From positions 233,156,069 through 233,220,068 of the forward strand of contig NC_052149.1 in the NCBI RefSeq assembly GCF_902713615.1: a DNA stretch of 64,000 nucleotides, given 5' to 3'. Source of the stretch: Scyliorhinus canicula (taxonomy: Eukaryota). Below, one piece after another: positions 49,291 to 61,469 of the stretch (position 1 is the stretch's first letter; the number at the start of each line of letters is the position of its first letter). The position numbers and the translations under genes are program-made. Below the pieces are notes generated by a model that saw only the letters and a list, made by a program, of their open reading frames with translations, was not told where the DNA came from and searched no databases.

Positions 49291-51117
49291 GTAACACGGA
49301 AAGCAAGATATTGCTGGTGGGTTTTGAAAACCCCAGCTTTTCAGAGCACTACACCTCCGGAAAGATGCAGAAGCTTTAGAAAGTAGTATTCCCTCTGACG
49401 AGTGGGTCAGTAACTAGGGGTCATAGATTTTGAAACTTTGGCAAAAGATCAAGAGGAACGATGGGAAGGAACCTTTCCATTTGAGATTTGTCAGGATCTG
49501 GAATGCTTCACCTGAAATGGTGGGAGAAGCTAATTTGATAAATCATTTTAAAAAGTCTTGGACAAGGGCAGCACGGTGGCACAGCGGTTAGCACTGCTGC
49601 ATCAAGGCGCCGAAGTTCTAGGTTCGATCCCGGATCTGGGTCACTGTCCGTGTGGAGTTTGCGTGGGTTTTGCCCCCACCACCCAAAGATGTGCAGGGTA
49701 GGTGGATTGGCCACGCTAAATTGCCCCTTAATTGAAAAAAATGAATTGGGTACTCTAAATTTATATATTTAAAAAGTCTTGGACAGTCGCTTGTTGAATT
49801 GTAGGGCTACAGACAAAAAGTCTGAGTGGCAGACTACATATGACTTCCCTTTCAAAGACGTAGCCCAGGTATGAAAGGCTCATGGTCTCCTGTTGGGCGA
49901 CTCCATCACTGCTTCTGTAGTTACTGATTTAAAACTTGTATTGCATTAGTTACAAAGCGTAATTCTGTAAGTGGCACTGTTGCAAATTCAAACACTTTCA
50001 CTCAATTGAAAAATGCCGCCTACACTACGATTTCACCTGACAAAGAAAAAACTAACAAATAGGAACAGGAGTAGATCATTCAGGTGTTCGAGCGCGTTCG
50101 GGCGTTCGAGCCCGTTCCACATTCATTAAGATCACGGCTAATTTGATTGTGGCTTTAACTTCACTTTGTTGCCTGTCTCACGTAACCTTTGACTCCTTTG
50201 TCAGTCAAAATATATCTAACTGTGCCTTGAATAGCAAGTTCCCAAGACTAATGATCCTCTGCGGGAAGGATTTCCTCCTCGATCCTTGCTTAAATGGGAG
50301 ACCCCTTATTTTGCAAATTAGCCCCTTAGTTCATCCAGAAAACTTTATTTTTCAGAACTGTTCGGCTTCCGAATGAAGCTTTGAACTTAAACTAATTGTA
50401 TAGATTTTATTTCAACGCACCTTATAAACGTAATAACGTATTTTGATTAGTTTTGTTTGAGAAGGAACAGTAATTTATTTTCATCGCATGTCGCATGTCT
50501 CACTCTTAAGTGGTCCTCTTGATTAGAAGACTTGTGCTTTCCCCCGAGTTTCCTAACTTAGCTCAAAACATTGTGTTTTAAGTTTAAAATGCATTCTACA
50601 CACACAGGCCATGACTATTCAAACAAAATTCTATCACTGGGTGTTATTCACAGTACAAGAGCTGCTGTTCAATATATTCACACTCTCGCGTACCATTACC
50701 ATTTACTGAAACCCCGTTAAAAACACTGAAGGATTAATATTCAGCTGCAGTGGTATAATAACCTGTTCAACAATGTGGAGACTGAGATAGTGTAATGTAA
50801 AGTGGCCATAGTCCCAGATGACCAGAGGCTGCTTTCCCCTTTGAGGGGGGCAGCTGACTGGTGGTGATTTAACCTGAGGATCACCACAACTCGGGCGAGG
50901 GGAAAGGTTGAGAAGACGGAGCCTTCATCAATACCCTGAAGACTGAGATAGTATCCCAACCTTATAGCTCAATATCACAACTTATCCCAAATCAGCGCCA
51001 GCTGTACCTTACCACAGTCCTACATTACGTAGATGCAAAGGGGGAAAATATTCTGTTCCATAAGCCGTGACCAGGATTCTTCATTGATTTAATTTTCATT
51101 TTTCTTCCTTTTCCCAG

Positions 51118-51163
51118 GCAAATTGGGAGGTGATGAAAAGAGACCACCAGAGGCTGATATAAG
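51118..51163 (+). CDS. IK: IK exon 11
   Basis: ttcccag|GC AAA TTG...ATA AG|gtatcttt; KLGGDEKRPPEADIS. Phase fits exon 12. Confidence 0.9.
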
Positions 51164-51207
51164 GTATCTTTTTATTAAAAGATGGCACAGAAAACATCTT
51201 TGTTGTT

Positions 51208-51950
51208 GGGTGGGAGGGAGGGAGAGGTTGGGAGGGAGTGAGGGAGGGGGTGAGGGCGAGGTTGGGAGGGGGTGAGGGCGAGGTTGGGAGGGGGTGAGGG
51301 CGAGGTTGGGAGGGGGTGAGGGCGAGGTTGGGAGGGGGTGAGGGCGAGGTTGGGAGGGGGTGAGGGCGAGGTTGGGAGGGGGTGAGGGCGAGGTTGGGAG
51401 GGGGTGAGGGCGAGGTTGGGAGGGGGTGAGGGCGAGGTTGGGAGGGGGTGAGGGCGAGGTTGGGAGGGGGTGAGGGCGAGGTTGGGAGGGGGTGAGGGCG
51501 AGGTTGGGAGGGGGTGAGGGCGAGGTTGGGAGGGGGTGAGGGCGAGGTTGGGAGGGGCGAGGTGGGGAGGGGGTGCGGGCGAGGTGGGGAGGGGGTGAGG
51601 GCGAGGTTGGCGGAGGGGGTGAGGGCGAGGTGGGAGGATGTGAGGACGAGGTGGGGAGGGGGGTGAAGGCGAGGCATGGGGAGGGGGTGAGGGCGAGGTG
51701 GGGAGGTGGTGAGGGTGGGGAGGGGTGTGAGGGTGGGGAGGGGGTGGGGAGGGGGTGAGGGCGAGGGTGGGGGAGGGGGTGGTGGGGAGGGGGTGGAGGG
51801 GCGAGGTGGGGGAAGGGGGGTGAGGGCGAGGATGGGGAGGGGGTTGGAGGGTGGGGGAAGGGGGTGAGGGCGAGGTGGGGAGGGGGTGAGGGCGAGGTGG
51901 GGAGGGGGTGAGGGCGAGGTGGGTAAGGGGGGTGAGGGGCGGAGAGTGGT
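51208..51950 (+). repeat. G-rich 22-bp minisatellite
   Basis: ~14 perfect copies of gggagggggtgagggcgaggtt (51242-51549), then degenerate copies. Confidence 0.95.
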
Positions 51951-52779
51951 GCAGGGTGTTAGGGAGAGCATAGGGGGCTGATTTAGCTCACTGGGCTAAA
52001 TAGCTGGCTTTTAAGCAGACCAAGCAGGCCAGCAAGCACGGTTTCGATTCCCGTATCAGCCTCCCCGGACAAGGCGCCGGAATGTGGCGACTAGGGGCTT
52101 TTCACAGTAACTTCATTGAAGCCTACTCGTGACAATAAGCGATTTTCATTTCATTTCATTTTTCATTTCATATGGGACTGGTCCCTTTTTTTTCAATTAA
52201 GGGGCAATTTAGCGTGGCCAATCTACTTAATCTGCACATCTTTGGGTTGTGGGGGTGAAACCCAAACAGATACAGGGAGAATGTGCAGACTCCATACGGA
52301 CAGTGACCCAGGGCCGGGATTCTAACCCAGGTCCTCAGCGCTGCAGTTCCAGTGCGAACCACTGCACCACATGCCGCCCGTACTGGTCCTTTTTGATTGA
52401 AAGGCTGATATTTTAAAGTTCCCAGTGACTGACTGCAAGTAGCACATTGTTGTCTATGCCACAAAGTGGCCAATGCATGTCAAAAATGGCATGTTTGTGG
52501 GGGAAAAGCATGCAGCAAGACTCACGTGTCTATTGTAAAGCACTATTGAGTGAAGGAAAAATCAATTTTACAATCCTTCTCATATCCTTAGTACACCCAA
52601 AGTGCTTAAAACCAAATTAAAAAATGAAAGGCATGCATTTCTATAGCACCTGTCACGACCTTAGAATGCCTGATGTGCTTTATTCAATGAAGTACTTTCG
52701 AAGTGTAGTCGCTGTTTATTGGAGGAAACACAGCAGCCAATTTGCCCTCTAACAGCAGTGTGATAATCACCAGATAATA

Positions 52780-53190
52780 AAGAAAGAACAAAGAACAGCA
52801 CAGGAACAGGCCCTTCAGCCCTACAAGCCTGTGCCGATCATGATGCCTGTCTAAACTAAAACCTTCTGCACTTCCCGGGTCCATATCCCTCTATTTCCAT
52901 CCTTTTGTGTATTTGTCAAGATAACTCTTAAACGTTGCTATCATACCTGCTTCCGCCACCTCTCCCGGTAGCGAGTTCCAGGTACTCACCACCCTTTGTG
53001 TAAAAAAAAACCTCCCTCGCACATCTCTAAACTTTGCCCCTCGCACCTTAAACTTCTGTCCCCTAGTAATTAACTTTTCCACCCTGGGAAAAAGCTCCTG
53101 ACTATCCACTCTGTCCATGCCAGTCGTAATTTTACAGACTTAATCTATCAGATCGTTCCTCAACCTCCGCCGCTCCGGTGAAAACAATCC
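52780..53190 (-). mobile_element. CR1 3' fragment
   Basis: MDRVDSQELFPRVE...RFFFTQRVVSTWNSLP. Confidence 0.8.
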
Positions 53191-53874
53191 GGGAGGGACA
53201 GAGAATCGCCCGGGGCCGGCGTCAATCCCGCCCCCACCGTGCCCCGAATTCTCTCCCCCCCCCCCCCCCCCGAGATTCGGTGGGGGTGGGAATTGCACCG
53301 CGCCGGTCGGCGGGCTCCCCGCGGCGATTCTCCAGCCCGCGATGGGCTGAAGTCCCGCCGCTGACAGGCCTCTCCCGCCGGTGTGGTTTAAACCACCTCT
53401 CTTACCGGTGCGGGCAGGCTCCGGGGTCCTGGGGGGGGGGGGGCCGCGGGGCGATCTGACCCCGGGGGGTGCCCCCACGGTGGACTGGCCTGCGATCGGG
53501 GCCCACCGATCGGCGGGCGGGCCTGTGCCTTGGGGGAACTCTTTTTCTTCCGCCCCGCCATGACCTTCACCATGGCGGAGGCAGAAGAGACCCCCTCCCC
53601 TTCGCATGCACCGGTATGACGTCAACAGCCGCTGACACACCGGCACATGCGTGGACTTACGCCGGCCAGGGAAGACCTTTTCGGCCCCGGCTGGCGTGGG
53701 GCCAAAGGCCGTTCACGCCAGCCGGCGGAGTGGGAACCACTCCTGCGCGGGCCTAGCCCCTCAATGTGAGGGCTTGGTCTTCGCACCTTTGGGGCAGCCC
53801 GACGCCGGAGTGGTTCATGCCACTCCAACACGCCGGGACCCCCCGCCCTGCCGAGCAGGGGAGAATCCCGGCCC
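53190..53874. mobile_element. GC/CpG-rich MITE-like repeat
   Basis: Right end ggagaatcccggccc. Its last ~300 bp are the approximate reverse complement of 63468-63765. Confidence 0.65.
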
Positions 53875-53937
53875 TGTTTTGCGAAGCTGAATGAGGGATA
53901 AATATTGGTCAGGACACTGGGTAGAACTCTAAAATAG

Positions 53938-54158
53938 AAGCCAAATACTGCAGATACTGAAAATCTGAAATAAAAACCGAAACTGCTGGAAAAGCTCAGC
54001 AGGTCTGGCAGCCTCTGCAGAGAGGGAAACAGATTTACGTTTCCGGTCCATAGGATGTCTTCAAGAGAATCTTACGTACGCGAAACGTTAACTCTGTTTC
54101 TCTCTCCACAGATGCTGCCAGACGTGCTGGATTTTTCCAGCATCTCTTGTTTTTATAC
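53938..54158. mobile_element. PLE-derived palindromic short element with decayed hammerhead remnants
   Basis: Inverted arms gctggaaaagctcagcaggtctggcagc..agagagggaaacag / ctgtttctctctccacagatgctgccagac..ttccagc. cgaaacgttaactct remnant at 54081. Confidence 0.65.
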
Positions 54159-54832
54159 CGGGAAAAGTTCCCCTATTCTGCTTCAAACTGAATTTTTTAA
54201 TGTGTAGCTGAGGAGAGGGGCAGAGCATCGTCTGTCACATCTGAATGAAAATTGCTTGTCACAAGTAGGCTTCAAATGAAGTTACTGTGAAAAGCCCCTA
54301 GTTGCCACATTCCGACACATGTTCGGGGAGGCTGGTACGGGAATTGAAACGCGCTGCTGGCCTGCCTTGGTCTGCTTTCAAAGCCAGCGATTTAGTCCAG
54401 TGTGCTAAACCAGCCCCTGAAAGGCAGGACTCTGAGACTGCAGTACATCCTCAGACTGTGAGCGTCAATTTAAATCCTTTTTTTTTTTTAAATAATTTTT
54501 ATTGAATTTTTCAAAATACAAACATTTTAACCCCCCCTACATTTACATTTAAATTATAACAAAACAAAATCAAACCCCCCTACTTAACAAGAAAAAAAAA
54601 AAGAAACCCCCCCCCCCCCCCTACCCGCGCGTCCCCCACCCCCCCCCCCCCCCCCGCCGGCGAACCGACAGTCAGACCAACTTATCATTTCTAGCAGCGT
54701 CCTCGGGCAGGCCTTGCCCGTGCCACCGCCGCTACCGTACTTCCTTCGTCGTTGTCCCCCCTCCCCCCCCCCCCCTCCCCCCCTCCCGCCCTCCCCTCCC
54801 CTCCCGGGTTGCTGCTGTCATGGCCTCAGTTT

Positions 54833-57800
54833 CTATCTCTGATCCAAGAGGTCTAGGAAGGGTTGCCATCGCCTGGAAAACCCCTGCACCGACCCTCTCA
54901 GGGCGAATTTGATCCTTTCCAATTGGATGAAGTTTGCCATGTCGTTTAACCAGGTGTTAACACTCGGAGGCCTTTCGTCCCTCCACTGAATCAGGATCCT
55001 CCTCCGAGCCACCAAGGACGCAAAGGCTAATATTCCAGCCTCCCTCGCCTCCTGTACCCCCGGTTCCACCCCAACCCCGAAGATCGCAAGTCCCCATCCT
55101 GGCTTGACCCTGGACCCCACCACTCTCGACACCGTCCCTGCCACCCCCTTCCAGAACTCCTCCAGTGCCGGACATGCCCAAAACATATGTGCATGATTCG
55201 CAGGGCTTCCCGAACATCTAATACACCTGTCTTCACCCCCGAAAAACCGACTCATCCTTGTCCCCGTCATGTGGGCTCTATGCAGTACCTTAAATTGAAT
55301 GAGACTTAGTCTCGCACATGACGACGACGAGTTAACCCTCTCCAGGGCGTCTGCCCATGTCCCGTCCTCTATCTGTTCCCCCAGCTCTAACTCCCACTTA
55401 TCTTTCAGCTCCTCTACTGGTACCCTCCTCCACCTCCTGCATAATCTTATAGATGTCCGAGATCTTCCCCTCCCCGACCCAGACCCCTGATAGCACCCTA
55501 TCACTCACCCCCCTGTCGGGGAGCGCGGGGAACCCCGCTACCTGTCGTCTGGCAAATGCCTTCACTTGGAGGTACCTGAACGTGTTCCCCGGGGGGAGCC
55601 CAAATTTCTCCTCCAGCTCTCCCAGGCTCGCAAACCTCCCCTCTATAAACAAGTCCCTCAGTTGTCTAATACCCGCCCTCTGCCAGCTCTGGAATCCCCC
55701 TCCTGTGTTTCCCGGCGCAAATCTGTGGTTCCCTCTTAGTGGTGCCCCTATCAGACCTCCCACTTCCCCCCTGTGTCGCCTCCACTGCCCCCAGATCTTG
55801 AGGGTGGCCGCCACCACCGGGCTCGTGGTATACCTCGTGGGAGGGAGCGGCCATGGTGCCGTTACCAGTGCCCCTAAGCTTATGTTGCCGCAGGACGCCC
55901 TCAGTCCATGCGCTTCCAGGCTGCCCCCTCCCCTTCCATCATCCACTTTCGTACCATCGATGTATTTGCCGCCCAGTAATATCCTGAAAGGTTGGGTAAC
56001 GCCAGCCCTCCACTATCCCTACTCCGCTCCAAAAAGACCCTTCTAACTCTCGGGGTGCCATGTGCCCACACATACCCCATGATACTACTCGTTACCTTCT
56101 TGAAAAAGGCCCTGGGGAGGAAGATGGGCAGACACTGGAACAAAAACAAGAACCTCGGGAGGACCGTCATTTTAACTGACTGCACCCTCCCTGCTAGCGA
56201 CAGCGGCACCATGTCCCACCTCTTAAACTCCTCCTCCATCTGCTCCACCAGTCTGGAAAAGTTCAACTTGTGTAGGGTCCCCCAGTTCTTTGCCACCTGC
56301 ACCCCCAAATACCTAAAACTTTTAACTGCTCTTTGAAGGGGAGCCTCCCAATTCCCTCCCCTGTGTCTCCCGGGTGTATTACAAAGACCTCACTTTTCCC
56401 CAGATTTAATTTATATCCCGAAAAGTCCCCGAACTCCGCTAGTATCCCCATTACCTCCGGCATTCCCCCCTCCGGGTCTGCCACATACAACAACAAATCA
56501 TCCGCATAGAGCGAGACCCGATGTTCCTCCCCTCCCCTTGTCAGTCCTCTCCACCCCCCTGAACCCCTCAGTGCCATCGCCAACGGCTCAATCGCTAATG
56601 CAAAGAGTAAGGGAGATAGGGGACATCCCTGCCTAGTACCTCGATGGAGCCCAAAATATTCTGACCTCCTCCCGTTTGTTACCACACTTGCCATCGGAGC
56701 TGAATAGAGCAGTTTTAACCCACTTGATAAATCCCTCCCCAAACCCAAACCTTTCCAACGTCTCCCACAAGTATTCCCACTCCACCCTGTCAAATGCCTT
56801 CTCCGCGTCCAGCGCTACCACTATCTCCGCCTCCCCTTCCACTGCTGGCATCATAATCACATTTAACAATCTCCGAACATTTGTGTTAAGTTGGCGTCCC
56901 TTCACGAACCCCGTCTGGTCTTCATGGACTACCCCTGGCACACAGTCCTCTATCCTGGTTGCCAGGACCTTTGCTAACAGCTTGGCATCTACATTTAAGA
57001 GGGAGATAGGCCTGTAGGACCCGCACTGGACCGGGTCCTTGTCCCGCTTCAAAATCAAGGAGATCAGGGCCTGCGACATTGTTGGAGGCAGAACCCCCCC
57101 CTCGCGCGCCTCATTGAAGGCTCGCACCAGCACTGGACCCACCAAGTCCACAAATTTCCTGTAAAACTCCACCGGGAACCCATCCGGCCCCGGCGCCTTC
57201 CCCGCCTGCATCTGGCCTATCCCTTTAATTAGCTCCTGCAGCTCTATCGGCGCCCCCAACCCTTCCACCAGCTCCTCCTGTACCTTTGGGAACCCCAATT
57301 TGTCGAGAAAGTTCTTCATTCCCCCTCTCCTCTTCGGCGGTTCAGACCTATACAATTCCCTATAGAAGTCCCTAAAGACCCTATTCACCTCTTGCCCCTT
57401 CTGCACTACATCCCCACCCCTCTCTCTCACTCCCCCAATCTCTCTGGCTGCATCTCGCTTACGAAGCTGGTGTGCCAGCATCCTGCTCGCCTTTTCCCCG
57501 TACTCATACGCCGCACCCTGCGCCCTTCTCCACTGCATTTCCGCCTTCCTAGTGGTCAGTAGGTCGAACCTGGCCTGCAAGCTACGCCGCTCCCTTAATA
57601 GCCCCTCCTCTGGCGCCGCCGCATATTTCCTATCTACTTCTAGGAGCTCCCCCACCAGCCTCTCCCTTTCCTGCCTCTCCTTCCTCTCTCTGTGTGCCCT
57701 TATGGAGATCAGCTCTCCTCTAATCACTGCTTTCAAGGCCTCCCAGACCGTCCCCACCTGCACCTCACCTGTGTCATTCGTACCCAGATAGTTCTCAATG

Positions 57801-58633
57801 CCCGTTCTCACCCTTCTGCACACCTCTTCGTCCGCCAACAGCCCTACATCCAGGCGCCACAACGGGCGTTGGTCCCGCGCCTCCCCCATGTCCACGTCCA
57901 CCCAATGTGGTGCATGGTCCGATATCGCAATGGCCGAGTACTCCGTGTCCTGCACTCTCGGTATCAGCCCCCTGTTCAATACGAAAAAATCGATCCTAGA
58001 GTACACTCTGTGGACGTGGGGAGAAAAAAGAATACTCCCCTCGCCCTAGGCCTACCAAATCTCCATGGGTCTACCCCTCCCATCTGCTCCATGAACCCCC
58101 TTAACACCTCTGCCGCTGCCGGCCTCCTATTCGTCCTGGAACTCGATCTATCCAGCCCAGGGTCTAACACCGTATTAAAGTCCCCTCCCATGATCAGGCC
58201 CCCTGCCTCCAGTCCCGGGATGAGGCCCAGCAGGCGCCTCATAAAACCCCGCGTCGTCCCAGTTCGGGGCATACACATTTACCAGTACCACACTCTCTCC
58301 CTGCAGCCTACCCCTCACCATCACGTACCTGCCCTCCTTGTCTGCCACCACCTCTGCCGCCACAAACGACACTCTCTTTCCCACCAAAATCGCCACCCCC
58401 CGGTTCTTGATATCCAAGCCTGAGTGGAACACCTGTCCCACCCACCCCCTTCTCAGGCGGACCTGATCTGCTACCCTCAAATGAGTCTCCTGCAGCATTG
58501 CTACATCAGCCTTCAGTCCCTTCAGGTGTGAGAAGACCCTTGATCTTTTGACCGGCCCATTCAGCCCCCTTACGTTCCACGTGATCAATCGGGTCGCAGA
58601 GCGACCCGTCCCTACTCCCTGTCGATTAGCCAT
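54833..58633 (-). pseudogene. L1 ORF2 (APE endonuclease, RT, CCHC), split by ~6 frameshifts
   Basis: ITWNVRGLN, LQETH, GGDFN, SRIDF, SDH; YRPISLLNVD, RQGCPLSPLLF, YADD; CIRC..H..W.C, spread over overlapping ORF pieces. Confidence 0.92.
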
Positions 58634-59491
58634 GTCTTGTCCCTTGCTCGCCCCGGGTCATCCCTTCTTTTCTGACCCGCTTCCCATAGCGATGGCCCCC
58701 CCCCCCCCCCCACCCCCCCCGGCTCTCCCCTTCTCGTCCCTGGCCTTTCTAGCAGCAACCCGGTGTCCCCCCCCAGTCCCCCCCCCTTCCCCCCCCCCCC
58801 CCCCCCCCCCCCCTGGCTAGGACCCCTCCTAGCCGCGATGTACCCCACATCGTACTCCCGAGAGTCAGCTGGTCTCCGCTGACCCGGCTGCTCCTGCCAC
58901 ATTCCGACTCCTCCCGGTTCACCCCATCTGCGCCCGTGAAAGATCCCCTTAAAACCCCCGAGAAAGACCCGCATAATCAACCCGCTCCCCCCCGTCCCGT
59001 CTCCCCAACTTAACGATATAAATACAAATACCCAATGGCAGCTAAATACATAAATACTTAACTACATACTTAAATAACAAAATAATTAACTATCTATCAA
59101 CTAACCGCGTGCCCAACCATCACCCTCCATCAAACAGTATAAATAACCGCAGATAACCATAACCCGAAAAGAAAAAAAAGAACCAAAAAACCCCCCCAAG
59201 CACCCAAAGAAAAAGGGTAGGAGGGGTAAATAACTAAGGGAAATTGGAAACGGGAAAAAACACCCCATAAGAAGCCAACGACCCACAATAGAGATTTCAA
59301 CAGTACAAATATACAGAAACACCCAACAACTCGAAACCTTCAAAATATTCAGAAAAGTCAACCGTTCGAGAAAAAACACCCCAACCACTCCACGAAACTG
59401 TTACCCAGTTCCGACCTGGCCTGAAAAAGAAAAGGGCCACTTGCACAATCAAGAGTCCCCCGGCGGCTACGACCGCCGGTGCTCCCAGGTT

Positions 59492-60337
59492 TTAGTTCGT
59501 GTCCAACTTTTCCTCTTGTACAAAGGTCCAGGCCTCCTCTGGGGACTCGAAATAATGATGTTGGTCCTTGTAGGTGACCCACAAGCGCGCCGGTTGCAAC
59601 ATTCCAAATTTGATCTTTTTCGCGTGTAGCACCGCCTTTGTCCGGTTGTACCGGGCCCGCCGCTTTGCCACCTCCGCACTCCAGTCCTGGTACACCCTTA
59701 CCGTCGAGTTCTGCCACTTGCTGCTTTTCTCCCTTTTAGCCCACCTCAGGACTTTCTCTCGATCACTTAGCCGCTGGAACCGCACCAGCACCGCCCTCGG
59801 GGGCTCGTTTGCCCTAGGCCTCCTGGCCATGACCCGGTATGCCTCTTCCAATTCCAGGGGCGCCGGACCGGCCCCTTCCCCCATCAGGGAGCTCAACATC
59901 TCCGCCACATATCCCGGGAGATCCGACCCCTCCAGGCCTTCTTCCAGGCCCAGGATCCTCAAATTTTTCCTCCTCATCCGAGTGTCCAGCTCCTCGAAGC
60001 GGCTCTGCCACTTCGTGTGGAGTGCCTCGTGCGCCTCCACCTTTGCCCCGATGACTGTGGCCTCCTCCTCCCTCGCGGCCATCTCCTGCTGCAGATCTTT
60101 AATCGACGCCTCTTGGATCGCCTGGGCTCCCACCAACCTGGTGGCCGTCGCGTTCATGGACTCTAAGAGTTCCACTTTCATCTCCGTGAAAAAACGGAGG
60201 AGAGCGGCCTGCTGCTCCTCCGCCCATTTCTTCCACTCCTCCGGTGCACCGCCGGCCGCCATTTTGATTTTCTTCCCCCGCTTTTTTTGGGGAGCTGCTG
60301 CCGTTTTTCTTGCCGCTCCACTCCGGGTACCGACCAT
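59492..60337 (-). CDS. L1 ORF1p (coiled coil, RRM, CTD), intact 281 aa
   Basis: RRKNLRILGLEEG, PPRAVLVRF, VYQDWS and MLQPARLWV motifs typical of L1 ORF1p. Confidence 0.9.
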   Translation of the reverse strand: MVGTRSGAARKTAAAPQKKRGKKIKMAAGGAPEEWKKWAEEQQAALLRFFTEMKVELLESMNATATRLVGAQAIQEASIKDLQQEMAAREEEATVIGAKVEAHEALHTKWQSRFEELDTRMRRKNLRILGLEEGLEGSDLPGYVAEMLSSLMGEGAGPAPLELEEAYRVMARRPRANEPPRAVLVRFQRLSDREKVLRWAKREKSSKWQNSTVRVYQDWSAEVAKRRARYNRTKAVLHAKKIKFGMLQPARLWVTYKDQHHYFESPEEAWTFVQEEKLDTN

Positions 60338-61359
60338 AAAATCGGTCTAGTTCTCCTCAGGGGACCTTCCCCCACCGGGATTCGTTTTTTCAGCGCCGTT
60401 GGGGCCCTCCAATTGGCCCAAAAACACCTTTGTTGCAGGAGCTTCCAAATGTGCGGCTTAGCTAGTCATAGCCGCAACCGGAAGTCTCGTCAATTTAAAT
60501 CCTGTCCTCCAATCTCTGGATTGGGACTGAAACTCTTAATCTTCTGGTACCGAGTGAGTGTCCCATCTGCTGAGCCAAGGCTGATACTATATCTTTCTTT
60601 GGAAGTGAAGTTATGCAGGAAACTATACCAAACAAAAAGAGCAATTCAATGAGGGTCCATATAATCTGTTTCATTGGTGTTGGCTAAAGGAAGAATAGGA
60701 ATCGTGTACACCAGAGGAATTCCCTGTTCTGCTTTGAATGACAGCATGGGATCTTTGAGCAGTGCCTCAGTTTAGCATCTCGTCGGAAAGACTGGACTGC
60801 TGACCAAATTGTTCCAGTCACACCCAATACTATCTGTCCAACTATTGGCTTCGGAATAGCAGGAGCTTCGAATATGAGTTTTTTAGTGGCAAGCACTTGC
60901 TCTTTTTTTTTAAATCCTGACGTGGTTATTTAAAAAGATTTTCATACCAAGGTGGAGTTCTGATGATGTATGCAGACCAGAATAATAGATAAATCCTTTG
61001 AGAAGTCACAGAGGAGAATGCATTACATCAACAGTTTACAAATCGTGCAAGCAGCTTTAACTGGAGGGCAGTAAACCGTCAGCACTAAAGTCTGAATGGC
61101 AGAGAATTGCACCCTCCGCCCTGTCCCGCTCCCATGGCCCTGCCTGCGGCCCTGCCCCCCATGGCCCCACACTTCGCTCTGCACCCCCCTCCCCCCCCAT
61201 CCTCTTCTGCTCCACCCTTTCCCTCTCTGTCCCCAACTTCTGTGTGCAAATCCCCTCCACCCTCTCTCCCCCAACGTTAGTGCGGGACATTTGGCATAAT
61301 GACATATAACATTGTACCAATCTTTTTTTCAGAGAGATTTACCTCAGTTTTTGGACAAC

Positions 61360-61461
61360 ACTGTGAGCTGGCGTGCTTTACCTTTCAATGTTTACTGTGA
61401 GCTGGCGTGCTTTACCTTTCAATGTTTACTGTGAGCTGGCGCGCTTTACCTTTCAATGTTT
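61360..61461 (+). repeat. Three tandem 34-bp units covering the branch-point region of IK intron 11
   Basis: actgtgagctggcg(t/c)gctttacctttcaatgttt x3, immediately followed by acttccag|exon 12. Confidence 0.95.
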
Positions 61462-61469
61462 ACTTCCAG

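Larger units (their letters stand above)
54479..60487 (-). mobile_element. Full-length L1-clade non-LTR retrotransposon (~6.0 kb) with 16-bp TSD, antisense in IK intron 11
   Basis: TSD cgtcaatttaaatcct at 54463-54478 and 60488-60503. 5' end agacttccggttgcgg; ORF1, long inter-ORF spacer, ORF2, G-rich 3' UTR, AATAAA and poly(A). Confidence 0.95.

Noticed and set aside
51096-51971. 291-aa proline-rich ORF
   Set aside because: Antisense translation of the G-rich minisatellite.
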